Shown here piece by piece: positions 1 to 8,993 of a stretch of 45,693 nt of DNA (the first letter of the stretch is position 1; each line of letters begins with the position of its first letter). Source of the stretch: Candidatus Parcubacteria bacterium (GTDB taxonomy: Bacteria > Patescibacteriota > Minisyncoccia > JAHIHE01 > JAGLIN01); contig JAGLLA010000009.1 of NCBI GenBank assembly GCA_023140775.1, forward strand, positions 1-45,693, written 5' to 3'. The position numbers were made by a program, and so were the translations under genes. The notes below the pieces were generated by a model. It was not told the origin of the DNA. It made no database searches and saw nothing but the letters and a program-made list of their open reading frames with translations.

Positions 1-575
1 AAGAAAAATATAATTTGCCTAAAAAGTTTATTTTATATCTTGGAACGATTGAACCGAGGAAAAACATCACTGGCATAATTAGAGCTTTTGAAAAATTAAA
101 AGTGGGGCACTTCAAAATGTCATCAACGGTTAAGGATTGCAAGCTTGTAATTGCAGGTTCAAAAGGGTGGCTATGTCAAGATGTTTTTAACCTCGCTATG
201 AATTCTGTTGTGGCGGATGATATTTTTTTTACTGGATTTGTTGATGATGAAGATAAAGCAATTTTGTACAAATTAGCTGAAATTTTTGTTTATCCATCTT
301 TTTATGAAGGTTTTGGATTTCCACCGCTTGAAGCAATGCAAAACAAAACTCCTGTGATCACTTCAAATGTATCTTCTCTTCCTGAGGCGGTGGGCGGGGC
401 AGCGATTATGGTTGATCCGTACAACATCAATGAGCTTGAAAGAGCGATAGAAAATCTTCTTAGTGATGAGAATTTAAAAAATAATATAACCCAAAAAGGA
501 ATTGAGCAGACAAAAAAATTCTCTTGGAGCAGGTGTGCAGAAGAGACTTTAGCTATTTTAAAGTCAGAAAAATAA
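1..575 (+). CDS. Glycosyltransferase family 1 (GT4-type, GT-B fold), C-terminal part; the 5' end lies outside the window
   Basis: The frame is open from base 3 (EKYN then LPKKFILYLGTIEPRKN). It carries the C-terminal GT-B motif EGFGFPPLEAMQNKTPVITSNVSSLPE and is paralogous to 932..2065. Confidence 0.85.
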   Translation, partial: EKYNLPKKFILYLGTIEPRKNITGIIRAFEKLKVGHFKMSSTVKDCKLVIAGSKGWLCQDVFNLAMNSVVADDIFFTGFVDDEDKAILYKLAEIFVYPSFYEGFGFPPLEAMQNKTPVITSNVSSLPEAVGGAAIMVDPYNINELERAIENLLSDENLKNNITQKGIEQTKKFSWSRCAEETLAILKSEK

Positions 576-626
576 GTTAAATTTTTAGATTATGATTATA
601 TGAATTTCAAATAAAAAAATCTGAAA

Positions 627-827
627 TTAATCAGATGTTATTGTGTTCTCATACTCTGAGCCAAGTGTCCAATAAAAAAGACTCCATATTCCTACACACA
701 TTAAAAATAATCCAACTATTGTGGTAAACTCATTATTTTCAAATAAAGAGACTACACTTAGTGCCAAAATCATACTGATTGAGGCTATTGCTGGTTTTAC
801 TATTTTGATGATTTGATTGATTTTCAA
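627..827 (-). CDS. Small two-helix membrane protein (66 aa)
   Basis: GGAGG lies 8 nt upstream of a TTG start (minus strand reads ggaggaataatccTTGAAAATC). The protein has two hydrophobic segments. Confidence 0.5.
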   Translation of the reverse strand: MKINQIIKIVKPAIASISMILALSVVSLFENNEFTTIVGLFLMCVGIWSLFYWTLGSEYENTITSD

Positions 828-931
828 GGATTATTCCTCCTTAATATAGTTTATTTTCATAGATAAACTATATTACAAATTTTTCAACAATGCAGGTAAA
901 CGAGACAAGAAACATAACTTAAGAAAAATCT

Positions 932-2065
932 ATGACTAATAAATCAAAAAAAATTGGGATTGATGCGCGGATGTATGGATATGCGCAAACTGGAATTGGA
1001 AACTATATTAGACATCTTTTGGAATATCTTTTCAGGGTTGATAAGAAAAATGAATATGTTATATTTTTGATGCCCGAGGAATATGATGATTTTGTCTTGC
1101 CAAATGAAAGAGTTCGAAAAGTGAAAGTTTCAGCAAAATGGTACGGATGGAAAGAACAATTTTTGTTTCCATTTCAATTGTACAAAGAAAAACTTGATTT
1201 AATGCATTTCACTCATTTTAATTCTCCGATATTGTATTTCAAAAAATCAATTGTCACAATTCACGATGTGACACCTTTTTTCTTTCCTGGGCACAAAATG
1301 AAGTCTTTGATCAGAAGGATTGGCTTTCGAGCAGTATTCTTTTCTTCTGTTAAAAAAGCAACAAGAGTTATCGCAGTGTCAAAGAACACAAAGAATGACA
1401 TTGTAAAATATTTCAAAATCAACGAAACAAAAATCGAAGTAGTTTACGAAGGAGCTGATGAGCAGTTTCGAGTAATTAATGATGATGAGAAAATTAAAAA
1501 ATTTCAAGAAAAATATCACATCACCAAGCCTTATATTTTTTATACGGGAGTTTGGCGAAATCACAAAAATCTCGTGGGGCTGATCAGGGCTTTTGAGATT
1601 TTGAAAAATAAACATAAATTGAATTATCAACTTGTGCTCGGTGGCAAGGAAGACCCTTATTATCCTGAAGTGCGAGAAACTTGGGAGGATTTGAGACTTG
1701 GTGACGATATTATCAGACCTGGATTTATTGACCAAGAAGATATTCCATTGTTTTATAACTTTGCAAAAGCATTTGTCATTCCTTCTTTTTATGAGGGATT
1801 TGGACTGATTGGGCTGGAGGCAATGGCTTGTGGAACGCCAGTAGCTTCTTCTAATACAACGAGTTTGCCAGAAGTTTTGGGAGAAGCGGCGGTATATTTT
1901 GATCCAAAAAATTCGGAAGAAATGGCAGAAAAAATAAGACTGGTTCTAACTAATGAAAAGTTGTATAATGAACTTAGAGAAAAAGGTTTCAAACAACTTA
2001 AAAAATATAATTGGGAGAAAATGGTAATTGAGACCATGGAGATTTATGAAAGTATCTTGAAATAA
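932..2065 (+). CDS. Glycosyltransferase family 1 (GT4-type)
   Basis: 377 aa with YTGVWRNHKN and EGFGLIGLEAMACGTPVASSNTTSLPEV motifs, typical of GT-B retaining glycosyltransferases. Confidence 0.9.
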   Translation: MTNKSKKIGIDARMYGYAQTGIGNYIRHLLEYLFRVDKKNEYVIFLMPEEYDDFVLPNERVRKVKVSAKWYGWKEQFLFPFQLYKEKLDLMHFTHFNSPILYFKKSIVTIHDVTPFFFPGHKMKSLIRRIGFRAVFFSSVKKATRVIAVSKNTKNDIVKYFKINETKIEVVYEGADEQFRVINDDEKIKKFQEKYHITKPYIFYTGVWRNHKNLVGLIRAFEILKNKHKLNYQLVLGGKEDPYYPEVRETWEDLRLGDDIIRPGFIDQEDIPLFYNFAKAFVIPSFYEGFGLIGLEAMACGTPVASSNTTSLPEVLGEAAVYFDPKNSEEMAEKIRLVLTNEKLYNELREKGFKQLKKYNWEKMVIETMEIYESILK

Positions 2066-2069
2066 AAAT

Positions 2070-2093
2070 AGAACAATGAATCTTCATTGTTCT
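2070..2093 (-). terminator. Hairpin between convergent genes; followed by a U-rich tract only on the minus strand
   Basis: agaacaatgaa/ttcattgttct forms a 10-11 bp stem. On the minus strand it is followed by ATTTTTATTT. Confidence 0.5.
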
Positions 2094-2117
2094 GTGACTA
2101 GATAAAAATAAATCACT

Positions 2118-2315
2118 TTAATTTAAATGATTCTCTAAGGATTTACTTATATCGTCTCTTGACTCGTTTGTTGCTGGAAAGCCCTCGCTTGTTTCTGTGA
2201 TGCATTTTTCCTTACTGGTACTTCGCAGTTTTTTGGCGAGTGCAATGACAATGCGATCAATTGCTATTCCGAGCAAAAAAATAATTAAGTATAATATTAA
2301 CATTTCTTCATTCAT
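2118..2315 (-). CDS. Small single-pass membrane protein (65 aa)
   Basis: The ATG overlaps the stop of the upstream ORF (gATGAATGA). It has an N-terminal hydrophobic helix. Confidence 0.45.
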   Translation of the reverse strand: MNEEMLILYLIIFLLGIAIDRIVIALAKKLRSTSKEKCITETSEGFPATNESRDDISKSLENHLN

Positions 2316-2502
2316 CCCATTTCTTCCCTTTTTTGTGTTTATCGGGATCTGGACTAACTAACGGAACAAGGTCACTTGAGATGCTATATCCTCTTTCTGC
2401 ATCATTCTTCAGATTATTAATCTGTAATTGCTGACTGATTATTGCTATTAAAAATATAATCAATACTAGTACAGCAAGACCTACACAATACAATTCGTTC
2501 AC
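2308..2502 (-). CDS. Small single-pass membrane protein (64 aa)
   Basis: GGAGG lies 8 nt upstream of a GTG start. It has an N-terminal hydrophobic helix and appears translationally coupled to 2118..2315. Confidence 0.5.
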   Translation of the reverse strand: MNELYCVGLAVLVLIIFLIAIISQQLQINNLKNDAERGYSISSDLVPLVSPDPDKHKKGKKWDE

Positions 2503-2588
2503 TTATTATACCTCCATCAATTTAATATTTCCTAGGTTGATTAAATGTTAGTTCATATATAATTAAAAGTCAATTAAATTTTCAAGTA

Positions 2589-4895
2589 ATGGACATCATT
2601 CCAAATAAAAAATCAAATCTTCTGTTTCAGAGAGGTGACATGGCAAATAAAGGCGTTATTGACTTGCGTCAGTTTTCTGACGAGAAAAAAAGAAAAAATA
2701 TATTAGTAGAAAATAATAACAACACAGTTTATGAAATTATTCGAAAAGAAAGTATTACAGAGTCAAAAAAGATTGCCCAAAAAGCAGATATAAAGCAAGA
2801 TGGAGCTATTGAGAATTATGCTTTACGTGAAAAAAAATATAAAAAGAGTTATGTCTCAAATGTTGATGTAAAAAAAACAGAAAGTGGAATAAAGCCAAAA
2901 TTTCGTTTTTCTCTTATATTGAGTAGATCTTTTGCATCGTTCATGTTTGCATCTGTATTTGTCTCTTCTCTTGTATTTTCTCTTTCGTTCCTTCAAAGTC
3001 AATTTGAAGAAAAGGGTCGAATTATGGGGGTGGGTGTAGAGGCTTTTGATCACTTGAAACAAGCAGGACAGTCTGTTGTTAAGCATGATTTTAGCGAAAG
3101 TTTTGGTGAATTTCAAGATGCCAAACTTACCTTTTCTGAAGCAAAAAGACTAACCGATGAATTCGGATTTGGCTTGGCGGGAATGCTCAACGCTTTGCCA
3201 ATAGATACGCCACTTTCTACTGCCAGAAATCTTTCAGGAGCGGGAGAAAACATCGCATTTGCGGGAGAAAATATTGTAAAACTTTTTGATGAGATCTCGA
3301 GGCTTGATCCAGGAAATTTTTCTTCTTCATCAATTTCAGGATTTGGAACTTTGATAGATAAAATTGCGATCAGTCTAAGGCAAGCTGGAAATGACATAAA
3401 TTCGATAAATATAGATTATATACCAGCTGAAATGAGAAATAAAATAGAGCTAGCTCAAAAAGAGTTGCCTATACTGGCTGACAATCTGGAAAATTTATCT
3501 GAAGATTTCGAGACTCTAACTGAGATAATCGGAAACAAAAGGCCTCAGAAATATTTGTTATTATTTCAAAATAATAGCGAAATGAGAGCGACTGGAGGGT
3601 TTATTGGAAGTTATGGAATTTTGGATATGGAAAATGGAAAAGTAGAAAATATATTTATTGATGGTATATTCAATCCGGATGGACAGCTGAAAGAGAAGAT
3701 CGTCCCACCGATGCCAATTCAGAAAATTAGCGCGAACTGGAGCATGCACGACGCAAATTGGTTTGCTGATTTCCCAACTAGCGCTCAAAAGGTTGCTTCT
3801 TTCTATGAGAAAACTGGAGGACCTACAGTTGACGGAGTGATCTCTTTTACGCCAACTGTAATCGAAAAAATATTAAAGATCACAGGTCCAGTTCGTATGG
3901 ATGAATATGACATAATCATAAATGCCGAAAATTTCCTTTCGCTCTCCCAAATGCAAGTTGAAGAATTGTATGACAGGCAGGAGAATAGACCGAAGAAATT
4001 TCTAGCAGATTTGATGCCAGTGATATTTGAAAAAATGATAAACAGTGAAGAAATGAACAAGAAGGAAAAAATTCAAAGATATCTTGATTTTATCAATGTA
4101 GTTGAAGAAAGCTTGAAAGAAAAACACATTATGTTCTATCACAGAGATTCTGAGATTGAAAATATGATCATCAAGAGAGGTTGGGGTGGTCAGATGTTGA
4201 ATTCTAGCGGAAACTATTTGAGTGTCGTAAATAGCAATATAAATGGATATAAAACAGATGCTGTCGTTGAAGAAACGATCGATCATCTGACTGAAATTTT
4301 TGAAGATGGTTCAATTGTTAACACTGTCAAAGTCACCAGAGTGCACAAGGGCGGACAAAGTGAGTATGATTGGTATAATCGGGTTAATTCTGATTATTTG
4401 AGAGTGTATGTGCCACTTGGAAGCATTTTGCTGGAAGCTAGCGGTCATACAGCGCAAGAATATGAGCCTCCAATGAATTATGATAATTTTCGTATCGATG
4501 AAGATGTAAAAAATGTTGAAGACACGATCAAGATTGATCCTGATTCGGGAACTCAGATTTTTACAGAATCCGGGAAGACTGTTTTTGGAAATTGGGTTTA
4601 TGTGAGTCCGGGTGAAAAGGTTGAAGTGATCTATAAATATAAATTGCCCTATCAGATTGATTTTGATTCTTTTACAAAACCAGCCGATAGATATAGTTTA
4701 CTAATTCAGAAACAGTCTGGTAGTCGAGGAAGTAATTTTTCTGGTACAATTAAAGTTCCAGATAGATGGAAAATTCTTTGGGAGTCTGCTGATTTGATAA
4801 CTCAAGATCAAAAAGAAAGCTATTTTGAGAGCAAATTAACGACAGATAGGTTCTATGGAGTTGTTTTTTCAAGGGGGCTCTGGGGGGATGAATAG
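2589..4895 (+). CDS. DUF4012-like membrane-anchored extracytoplasmic protein (768 aa)
   Basis: One TM segment (FASFMFASVFVSSLVFSLSF) followed by a large domain with LLLFQNNSEMRATGGFIGSYG, the signature I associate with DUF4012. The true start may be the internal MANKG at 2640. Confidence 0.6.
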   Translation: MDIIPNKKSNLLFQRGDMANKGVIDLRQFSDEKKRKNILVENNNNTVYEIIRKESITESKKIAQKADIKQDGAIENYALREKKYKKSYVSNVDVKKTESGIKPKFRFSLILSRSFASFMFASVFVSSLVFSLSFLQSQFEEKGRIMGVGVEAFDHLKQAGQSVVKHDFSESFGEFQDAKLTFSEAKRLTDEFGFGLAGMLNALPIDTPLSTARNLSGAGENIAFAGENIVKLFDEISRLDPGNFSSSSISGFGTLIDKIAISLRQAGNDINSINIDYIPAEMRNKIELAQKELPILADNLENLSEDFETLTEIIGNKRPQKYLLLFQNNSEMRATGGFIGSYGILDMENGKVENIFIDGIFNPDGQLKEKIVPPMPIQKISANWSMHDANWFADFPTSAQKVASFYEKTGGPTVDGVISFTPTVIEKILKITGPVRMDEYDIIINAENFLSLSQMQVEELYDRQENRPKKFLADLMPVIFEKMINSEEMNKKEKIQRYLDFINVVEESLKEKHIMFYHRDSEIENMIIKRGWGGQMLNSSGNYLSVVNSNINGYKTDAVVEETIDHLTEIFEDGSIVNTVKVTRVHKGGQSEYDWYNRVNSDYLRVYVPLGSILLEASGHTAQEYEPPMNYDNFRIDEDVKNVEDTIKIDPDSGTQIFTESGKTVFGNWVYVSPGEKVEVIYKYKLPYQIDFDSFTKPADRYSLLIQKQSGSRGSNFSGTIKVPDRWKILWESADLITQDQKESYFESKLTTDRFYGVVFSRGLWGDE

Positions 4896-5004
4896 AGATC
4901 GTATTTTCAGAATAAGTTCCTCTGGCGTAGAAAAAGTAGTTTGAAATGACAACTATCGAAAGTGTCCTTTTACGCCCTGATGTAATGAATGATTTTTCAA
5001 GTGA

Positions 5005-5032
5005 TTGACATAGAGGTAAATTGCTATAGAAT
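5005..5032 (+). promoter_or_regulatory. Sigma70-type promoter candidate for iscU and the pilin-like array
   Basis: TTGACA (5005-5010), 16-nt spacer, TAGAAT (5027-5032), about 40 nt upstream of the iscU ATG. Confidence 0.5.
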
Positions 5033-5071
5033 AAAAGTATAAATGATATAAATTATAATAGCTTTTTATAT

Positions 5072-5437
5072 ATGTATACAAAAAAAGTAATCCAGCATTT
5101 CACAAATCCTCATAACTGTGGTAAAATGAAAGAAGCAGATGCAGTAGGGGAAGCAGGTAATCCAGTTTGTGGAGATTTGATGAAAATTTACATCAAGGTT
5201 GATGATAATATCATCAAAGACATCTCGTTTGAAACTTTGGGTTGCGCGGCGGCGATTGCCACTTCTTCAATGGTGACTGATCTTGCTAAGGGAAGATCAT
5301 TGGACGAGGCAATGCAAATTACGAACAGTGAAGTGGCAGAAAACCTCAAAGGTCTTCCACCTGTCAAAATGCACTGCTCTAACCTAGCTGCCAGCGCTCT
5401 GCATAAGGCAATCGAGAATTATAAAAATAAAAAATAA
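5072..5437 (+). CDS. iscU: Fe-S cluster assembly scaffold, IscU/NifU N-terminal domain family
   Basis: GNPVCGDLMKIYIKV, LGCAAAIATSSM and MHCSNLAASALHKAI supply the three conserved cysteines of IscU-type scaffolds. Confidence 0.85.
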   Translation: MYTKKVIQHFTNPHNCGKMKEADAVGEAGNPVCGDLMKIYIKVDDNIIKDISFETLGCAAAIATSSMVTDLAKGRSLDEAMQITNSEVAENLKGLPPVKMHCSNLAASALHKAIENYKNKK

Positions 5438-5444
5438 GAAAATT

Positions 5445-5903
5445 GTGATGAAAATGTTAATTAGCAGAAAAATACTTCTTTTTATGATATTTTTTTCTGT
5501 CTTTTTTGTTGGGCAATTTTCTTTTACTGATATAAATGTTATTGGTGTTAAAGTGGCTACTGCTGGTTGTGTCCCTGGACCTAATGATGCTAATAGTGAT
5601 GGAGATGATTGTGATCCGAAAGAAAATTTATTTAATTGTAAACGAGACTGTTTACCTGCTGGAATTCCAACAAAAACTCCGGAGGATGCGCTAGATGCAA
5701 TAATCAAATGGATCTTAGGTTTTGGCTTGGTGCTTTCGGTCATCTTCCTGATTTGGGGTGGTATATATTACATTGGATCTTCTGGAGATTCGCAAAAAAC
5801 AGAGACAGCTAAAAAGATTATCAAATATGCCATATTGGGAATTATCGTGATCGGCGCATCGTTTGCAATTATTTCTGTGATAAGCACAATGCTTGCTCCA
5901 TAA
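5445..5903 (+). CDS. TrbC/VirB2-like (CPR-type T4SS pilin-like) protein, paralog 1, with a Cys-rich N-terminal extension
   Basis: Signal/TM segment followed by the conserved core WILGFGLVLSVIFLIWGGIYYIGSSGDSQKTETAKKIIKYAILGIIVIGASFAI. The ORF-track start is GTG; an ATG lies at 5448. Confidence 0.7.
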   Translation: MMKMLISRKILLFMIFFSVFFVGQFSFTDINVIGVKVATAGCVPGPNDANSDGDDCDPKENLFNCKRDCLPAGIPTKTPEDALDAIIKWILGFGLVLSVIFLIWGGIYYIGSSGDSQKTETAKKIIKYAILGIIVIGASFAIISVISTMLAP

Positions 5904-5909
5904 TCTGAT

Positions 5910-6287
5910 TTGACCAAACCTTTAAATAGTGAAATAATGATATTAATGAAAAAAAATAATCAAAAAATATTTTATGTATTACTGGCATCTCAATTTTTAG
6001 TCGCTGTTAGTGTTGCGAATGCTCAATATAGAAAGCCTTCAAGTTTTGGTTTGGCAAATGATATGGATAGTATGGCGGAGAAAATGATCGATTGGCTTCT
6101 GGGGTTTGCAACAGTACTTTCAGTTCTTGCTTTGATTTGGGGTGGCGTAAATTATATAGGTTCTTCTGGGGATGCGCAAAAAGCTGATCTCTCCAAAAAA
6201 ATTATTTATTTCGCTCTGATAGGTTTGGTGGTTACTGGTCTGGCTTTTGCGATGGTGAAAGTTCTAGTAGATGTAATTTTGAAATAA
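5910..6287 (+). CDS. TrbC/VirB2-like pilin-like protein, paralog 2
   Basis: Core WLLGFATVLSVLALIWGGVNYIGSSGDAQKADLSKKIIYFALIGLVVTGLAFAM. The track start is TTG; the likely ATG is at 5937 or 5946. Confidence 0.7.
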   Translation: MTKPLNSEIMILMKKNNQKIFYVLLASQFLVAVSVANAQYRKPSSFGLANDMDSMAEKMIDWLLGFATVLSVLALIWGGVNYIGSSGDAQKADLSKKIIYFALIGLVVTGLAFAMVKVLVDVILK

Positions 6288-6320
6288 TATTTAATAATCA
6301 AAAAACTAACTTTTATCCAA

Positions 6321-6692
6321 TTGAAATATAATATTATGAAAATGAAAAATAAGACACATCTCATACTCTTGTCTGTTTTGCTTTTTGTAAGTTATGCTAG
6401 TACAGCGCTAGCTAATATAGCATCTGGATGGGCTACTCCAGCGAAGCCAGGCGGAGTCGCGGACGATGTTGATTCTGCATTTATAAATATGACAAATTGG
6501 ATTTTGGGATTTATATCTATATTGGCTGTGCTCTTTGTTATTTGGGGCGGTGTTATGTATTTAACTTCAGCAGGTGATGAAAACAAGGCAGAAAGCGGAA
6601 AAAAAACCATAACATATGCTCTATTGGGTATAGTTATAGCTGGCCTTGCTTATGCAATGATAAAGATTATTGTAGGTACTATATTAATATAA
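6321..6692 (+). CDS. TrbC/VirB2-like pilin-like protein, paralog 3
   Basis: Core WILGFISILAVLFVIWGGVMYLTSAGDENKAESGKKTITYALLGIVIAGLAYAM. The track start is TTG; the likely ATG is at 6336 or 6342. Confidence 0.7.
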   Translation: MKYNIMKMKNKTHLILLSVLLFVSYASTALANIASGWATPAKPGGVADDVDSAFINMTNWILGFISILAVLFVIWGGVMYLTSAGDENKAESGKKTITYALLGIVIAGLAYAMIKIIVGTILI

Positions 6693-6734
6693 TTAAACTA
6701 TTTTTATAATAAATCAATAAAATTTTGAAAGGAG

Positions 6735-7100
6735 GTGAAACGAATGAAAAATTTAATAAAAGTTTTTTCAATTTCATATGTTATTGCTTATGCAATGAGT
6801 TATAGTCCAGCTGTAGCTGTAACGATTTCAACGTGGGGTACAACAGAAGCTCCTGCCGGTGTGCCAACTGACATTAGGGGCGCTGTAATGAATCTTACTA
6901 ACTGGATTTTGGGATTTATCTCTATTATTGCAACACTTGTAATTATCTGGGGTGGTGTTCAATATCTTACTGCCGGTGGAAATGATGAGCAGGTTGGCGC
7001 AGCAAAGAAGACTATTTCTTACGGAATCATTGGAATTGTAATTGCAGGTCTTGCTTATGCAATGGTTATTGTTGTTTCAACTGTTATTCTACAAGCATAA
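6735..7100 (+). CDS. TrbC/VirB2-like pilin-like protein, paralog 4
   Basis: Core WILGFISIIATLVIIWGGVQYLTAGGNDEQVGAAKKTISYGIIGIVIAGLAYAM. AGGAGG sits just upstream of the ATG at 6744, so that is the likely start. Confidence 0.72.
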   Translation: MKRMKNLIKVFSISYVIAYAMSYSPAVAVTISTWGTTEAPAGVPTDIRGAVMNLTNWILGFISIIATLVIIWGGVQYLTAGGNDEQVGAAKKTISYGIIGIVIAGLAYAMVIVVSTVILQA

Positions 7101-7132
7101 CAACTTAGCTTAACTAACGATATTTAAAAAAT

Positions 7133-7159
7133 AAAAAAGATGGATTTACCATCTTTTTT
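7133..7159. terminator. Bidirectional rho-independent terminator between convergent genes
   Basis: aaaaAAGATGG-attta-CCATCTTttttt: a 7-bp stem flanked by an A-run and a T-run. Confidence 0.75.
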
Positions 7160-7185
7160 ATTTTGGCAACAAAGAATCAATAATG

Positions 7186-8193
7186 TTATTCTTTGTTATG
7201 TAAATATAGAAAACTAAGACTTCCAAAAAATATGATAAACATCAAATAGATTAAGTGATAATTGAAGGCGATACCAATTGAAAGATTTTTCTCTATTCCA
7301 AATGATGTCAAAAAAGATGAAATACCTAGTTCTAAAATTCCAATTCCGGCGATCCCGTTGATCGGCAGACTTGTTGTGACAATTATTATTAAAGAAATTG
7401 TAAGTACTTCGAGATAAGTTAAGTCAATTGGATATGCATTTAGAATAAATCCGAAAGCAAAGATTAGGGTTGTAAATATTAAAGCAGATAAAACTAGCGT
7501 TTTTCCTATTGTATCTTTGTAAAATTTATAGATTGGTAATAAACTATCAGTATATATAAATATTTTATTAAAAATTTTAGAATCTCTTTTTTTTGATGAG
7601 AAATTTTTTAGTCTGGACAGAATGACATCTCCCTTGAAAAGCAATGTGATTATAAACAGTAATAGAGTAAATATTAGTATATATGAAATGCTTTTTAACT
7701 GGATAATATTGCCAGATAAAAACAAAACAACAAAAAGCAAGAAGAAAAGTATAACAAGCATATCTATCGTTCTCAGATATAAAAGTAATAAAAAACCTTC
7801 TTTTTTGGGAACTTCAGAATATTTTTTTAAGAGGATAGGAAGCGATAGTTCGCCAATTCGAAACGGTAGAATATTTATTACAAGATTATTTGTCAAAACT
7901 GTTGCGAACAAGTCTTTTATGCGGATCCTGCTTCGAAGAAGTAATTTTATTCTCAACGTTCTTATCAATGTTAATAAAAAATAAAAAATAAAACTTATTA
8001 TGACATAGTTATAGTTTATTTTTGTAAATAATAAAAGAATATTCTTGTAATCGGTTTGTCTCAATAAAAAATAACCCAAAGTCAGGGTAATAAGCAGGGA
8101 AATTATTATTTTTTTACTGAAGTGTTTTGTCATTATAGTATATTTTATAAAACATATAATTAAATCGCTTGTATTGAAATTTATTTTTTGCAA
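7186..8193 (-). CDS. Flippase-like polytopic membrane protein (lysylphosphatidylglycerol-synthase TM-region family)
   Basis: About 8 TM segments and the motif LVINILPFRIGELSLPILLKK (P-x-R-x-GE). The track start is TTG at 8193, overlapping the upstream gene. ATG at 8133 (MTKHFSKK) is more likely. Confidence 0.6.
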   Translation of the reverse strand: MQKINFNTSDLIICFIKYTIMTKHFSKKIIISLLITLTLGYFLLRQTDYKNILLLFTKINYNYVIISFIFYFLLTLIRTLRIKLLLRSRIRIKDLFATVLTNNLVINILPFRIGELSLPILLKKYSEVPKKEGFLLLLYLRTIDMLVILFFLLFVVLFLSGNIIQLKSISYILIFTLLLFIITLLFKGDVILSRLKNFSSKKRDSKIFNKIFIYTDSLLPIYKFYKDTIGKTLVLSALIFTTLIFAFGFILNAYPIDLTYLEVLTISLIIIVTTSLPINGIAGIGILELGISSFLTSFGIEKNLSIGIAFNYHLIYLMFIIFFGSLSFLYLHNKE

Positions 8194-8990
8194 ATTGCCA
8201 GAAAGTCTAAACTATTATCAATATCATTTTCTGTTAAGTGATAATCTCTTATGCTAAATTTATTTAAAAAATTAATATTTTTTGTTTTTTTATTTTGATT
8301 AATAGTGTATTTTAGTAGTTTTAGGATTAGTGTTTTTAATGATTGGGGAATGAATTTTGCAATATTAAAAAAATCATAAGAAAGTATTCTAGAAATTAAT
8401 TTTACTCTTTCAATTTCTATTTTCTGTACCTCTTGGTTGCCAAAGACGCCCATTATTTTTATATTAGAAAATGTTCTTTGTAATATTTCATTCAATTCGT
8501 TGAAATAATATTCTCTGACATGAAACTCATTAAGAAGTCTTCCTCTTCTTCCTGTTCTAGGTTTTTTATTCGGAGTAGAAATAATAAGTATTCCACCACT
8601 TTTTAAAACCCTATAAATTTCTGAGATAAAATTATAATCATCTCGAACATGTTCTATGACATGAAAAGATACAGCTACATCGAAAGAGTTACTATTATGT
8701 GGAATTTTTGTACCATTAAATTGTTGAAAGACGCAGTTTTCTGAAGCATATTTATCCGAAGCATGTTTGATTGTATTTTGATCAATATCTATCCCAATAA
8801 TTCTTTTTACATTTTTAGACAGTAAGCTTGTTCCGTACCCCTCTCCACATCCAATTTCTATGACAAGATTGTCAGCAGTTAATTTTTCTATCGCAGATTG
8901 ATATTCAAAAGAATGACGCAAAAAAATAAGATATTCTTCTTTCGTTCTGAATTCCCTAGGGATTATTCTCTCTCTTGTTTTTGTCATCAT
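8181..8990 (-). CDS. Class I SAM-dependent methyltransferase
   Basis: SAM-binding motif I VIEIGCGEGYGTSLL, followed by DVAVSFHVIEHV and LKSGGILIISTPN. Confidence 0.85.
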   Translation of the reverse strand: MMTKTRERIIPREFRTKEEYLIFLRHSFEYQSAIEKLTADNLVIEIGCGEGYGTSLLSKNVKRIIGIDIDQNTIKHASDKYASENCVFQQFNGTKIPHNSNSFDVAVSFHVIEHVRDDYNFISEIYRVLKSGGILIISTPNKKPRTGRRGRLLNEFHVREYYFNELNEILQRTFSNIKIMGVFGNQEVQKIEIERVKLISRILSYDFFNIAKFIPQSLKTLILKLLKYTINQNKKTKNINFLNKFSIRDYHLTENDIDNSLDFLAICKK

Positions 8991-8993
8991 AAT

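Noticed and set aside
1379-2037. Antisense ORFs nested in well-supported genes. Examples: 1379..1735, 1789..2037, 2856..4286, 5384..5743, 6392..6610, 7622..7984, 18184..18543, 18879..20088, 20660..22199, 23207..23979, 25300..25506, 26562..26753, 27785..28531, 31998..33035, 35156..35849, 40314..40982, 41237..41491, 41908..42465, 43389..44387, 44588..44842.
   Set aside because: Each lies inside, and opposite to or out of frame with, a gene that has clear family motifs. Their sequences are low-complexity mirror images of the sense-strand codon bias.
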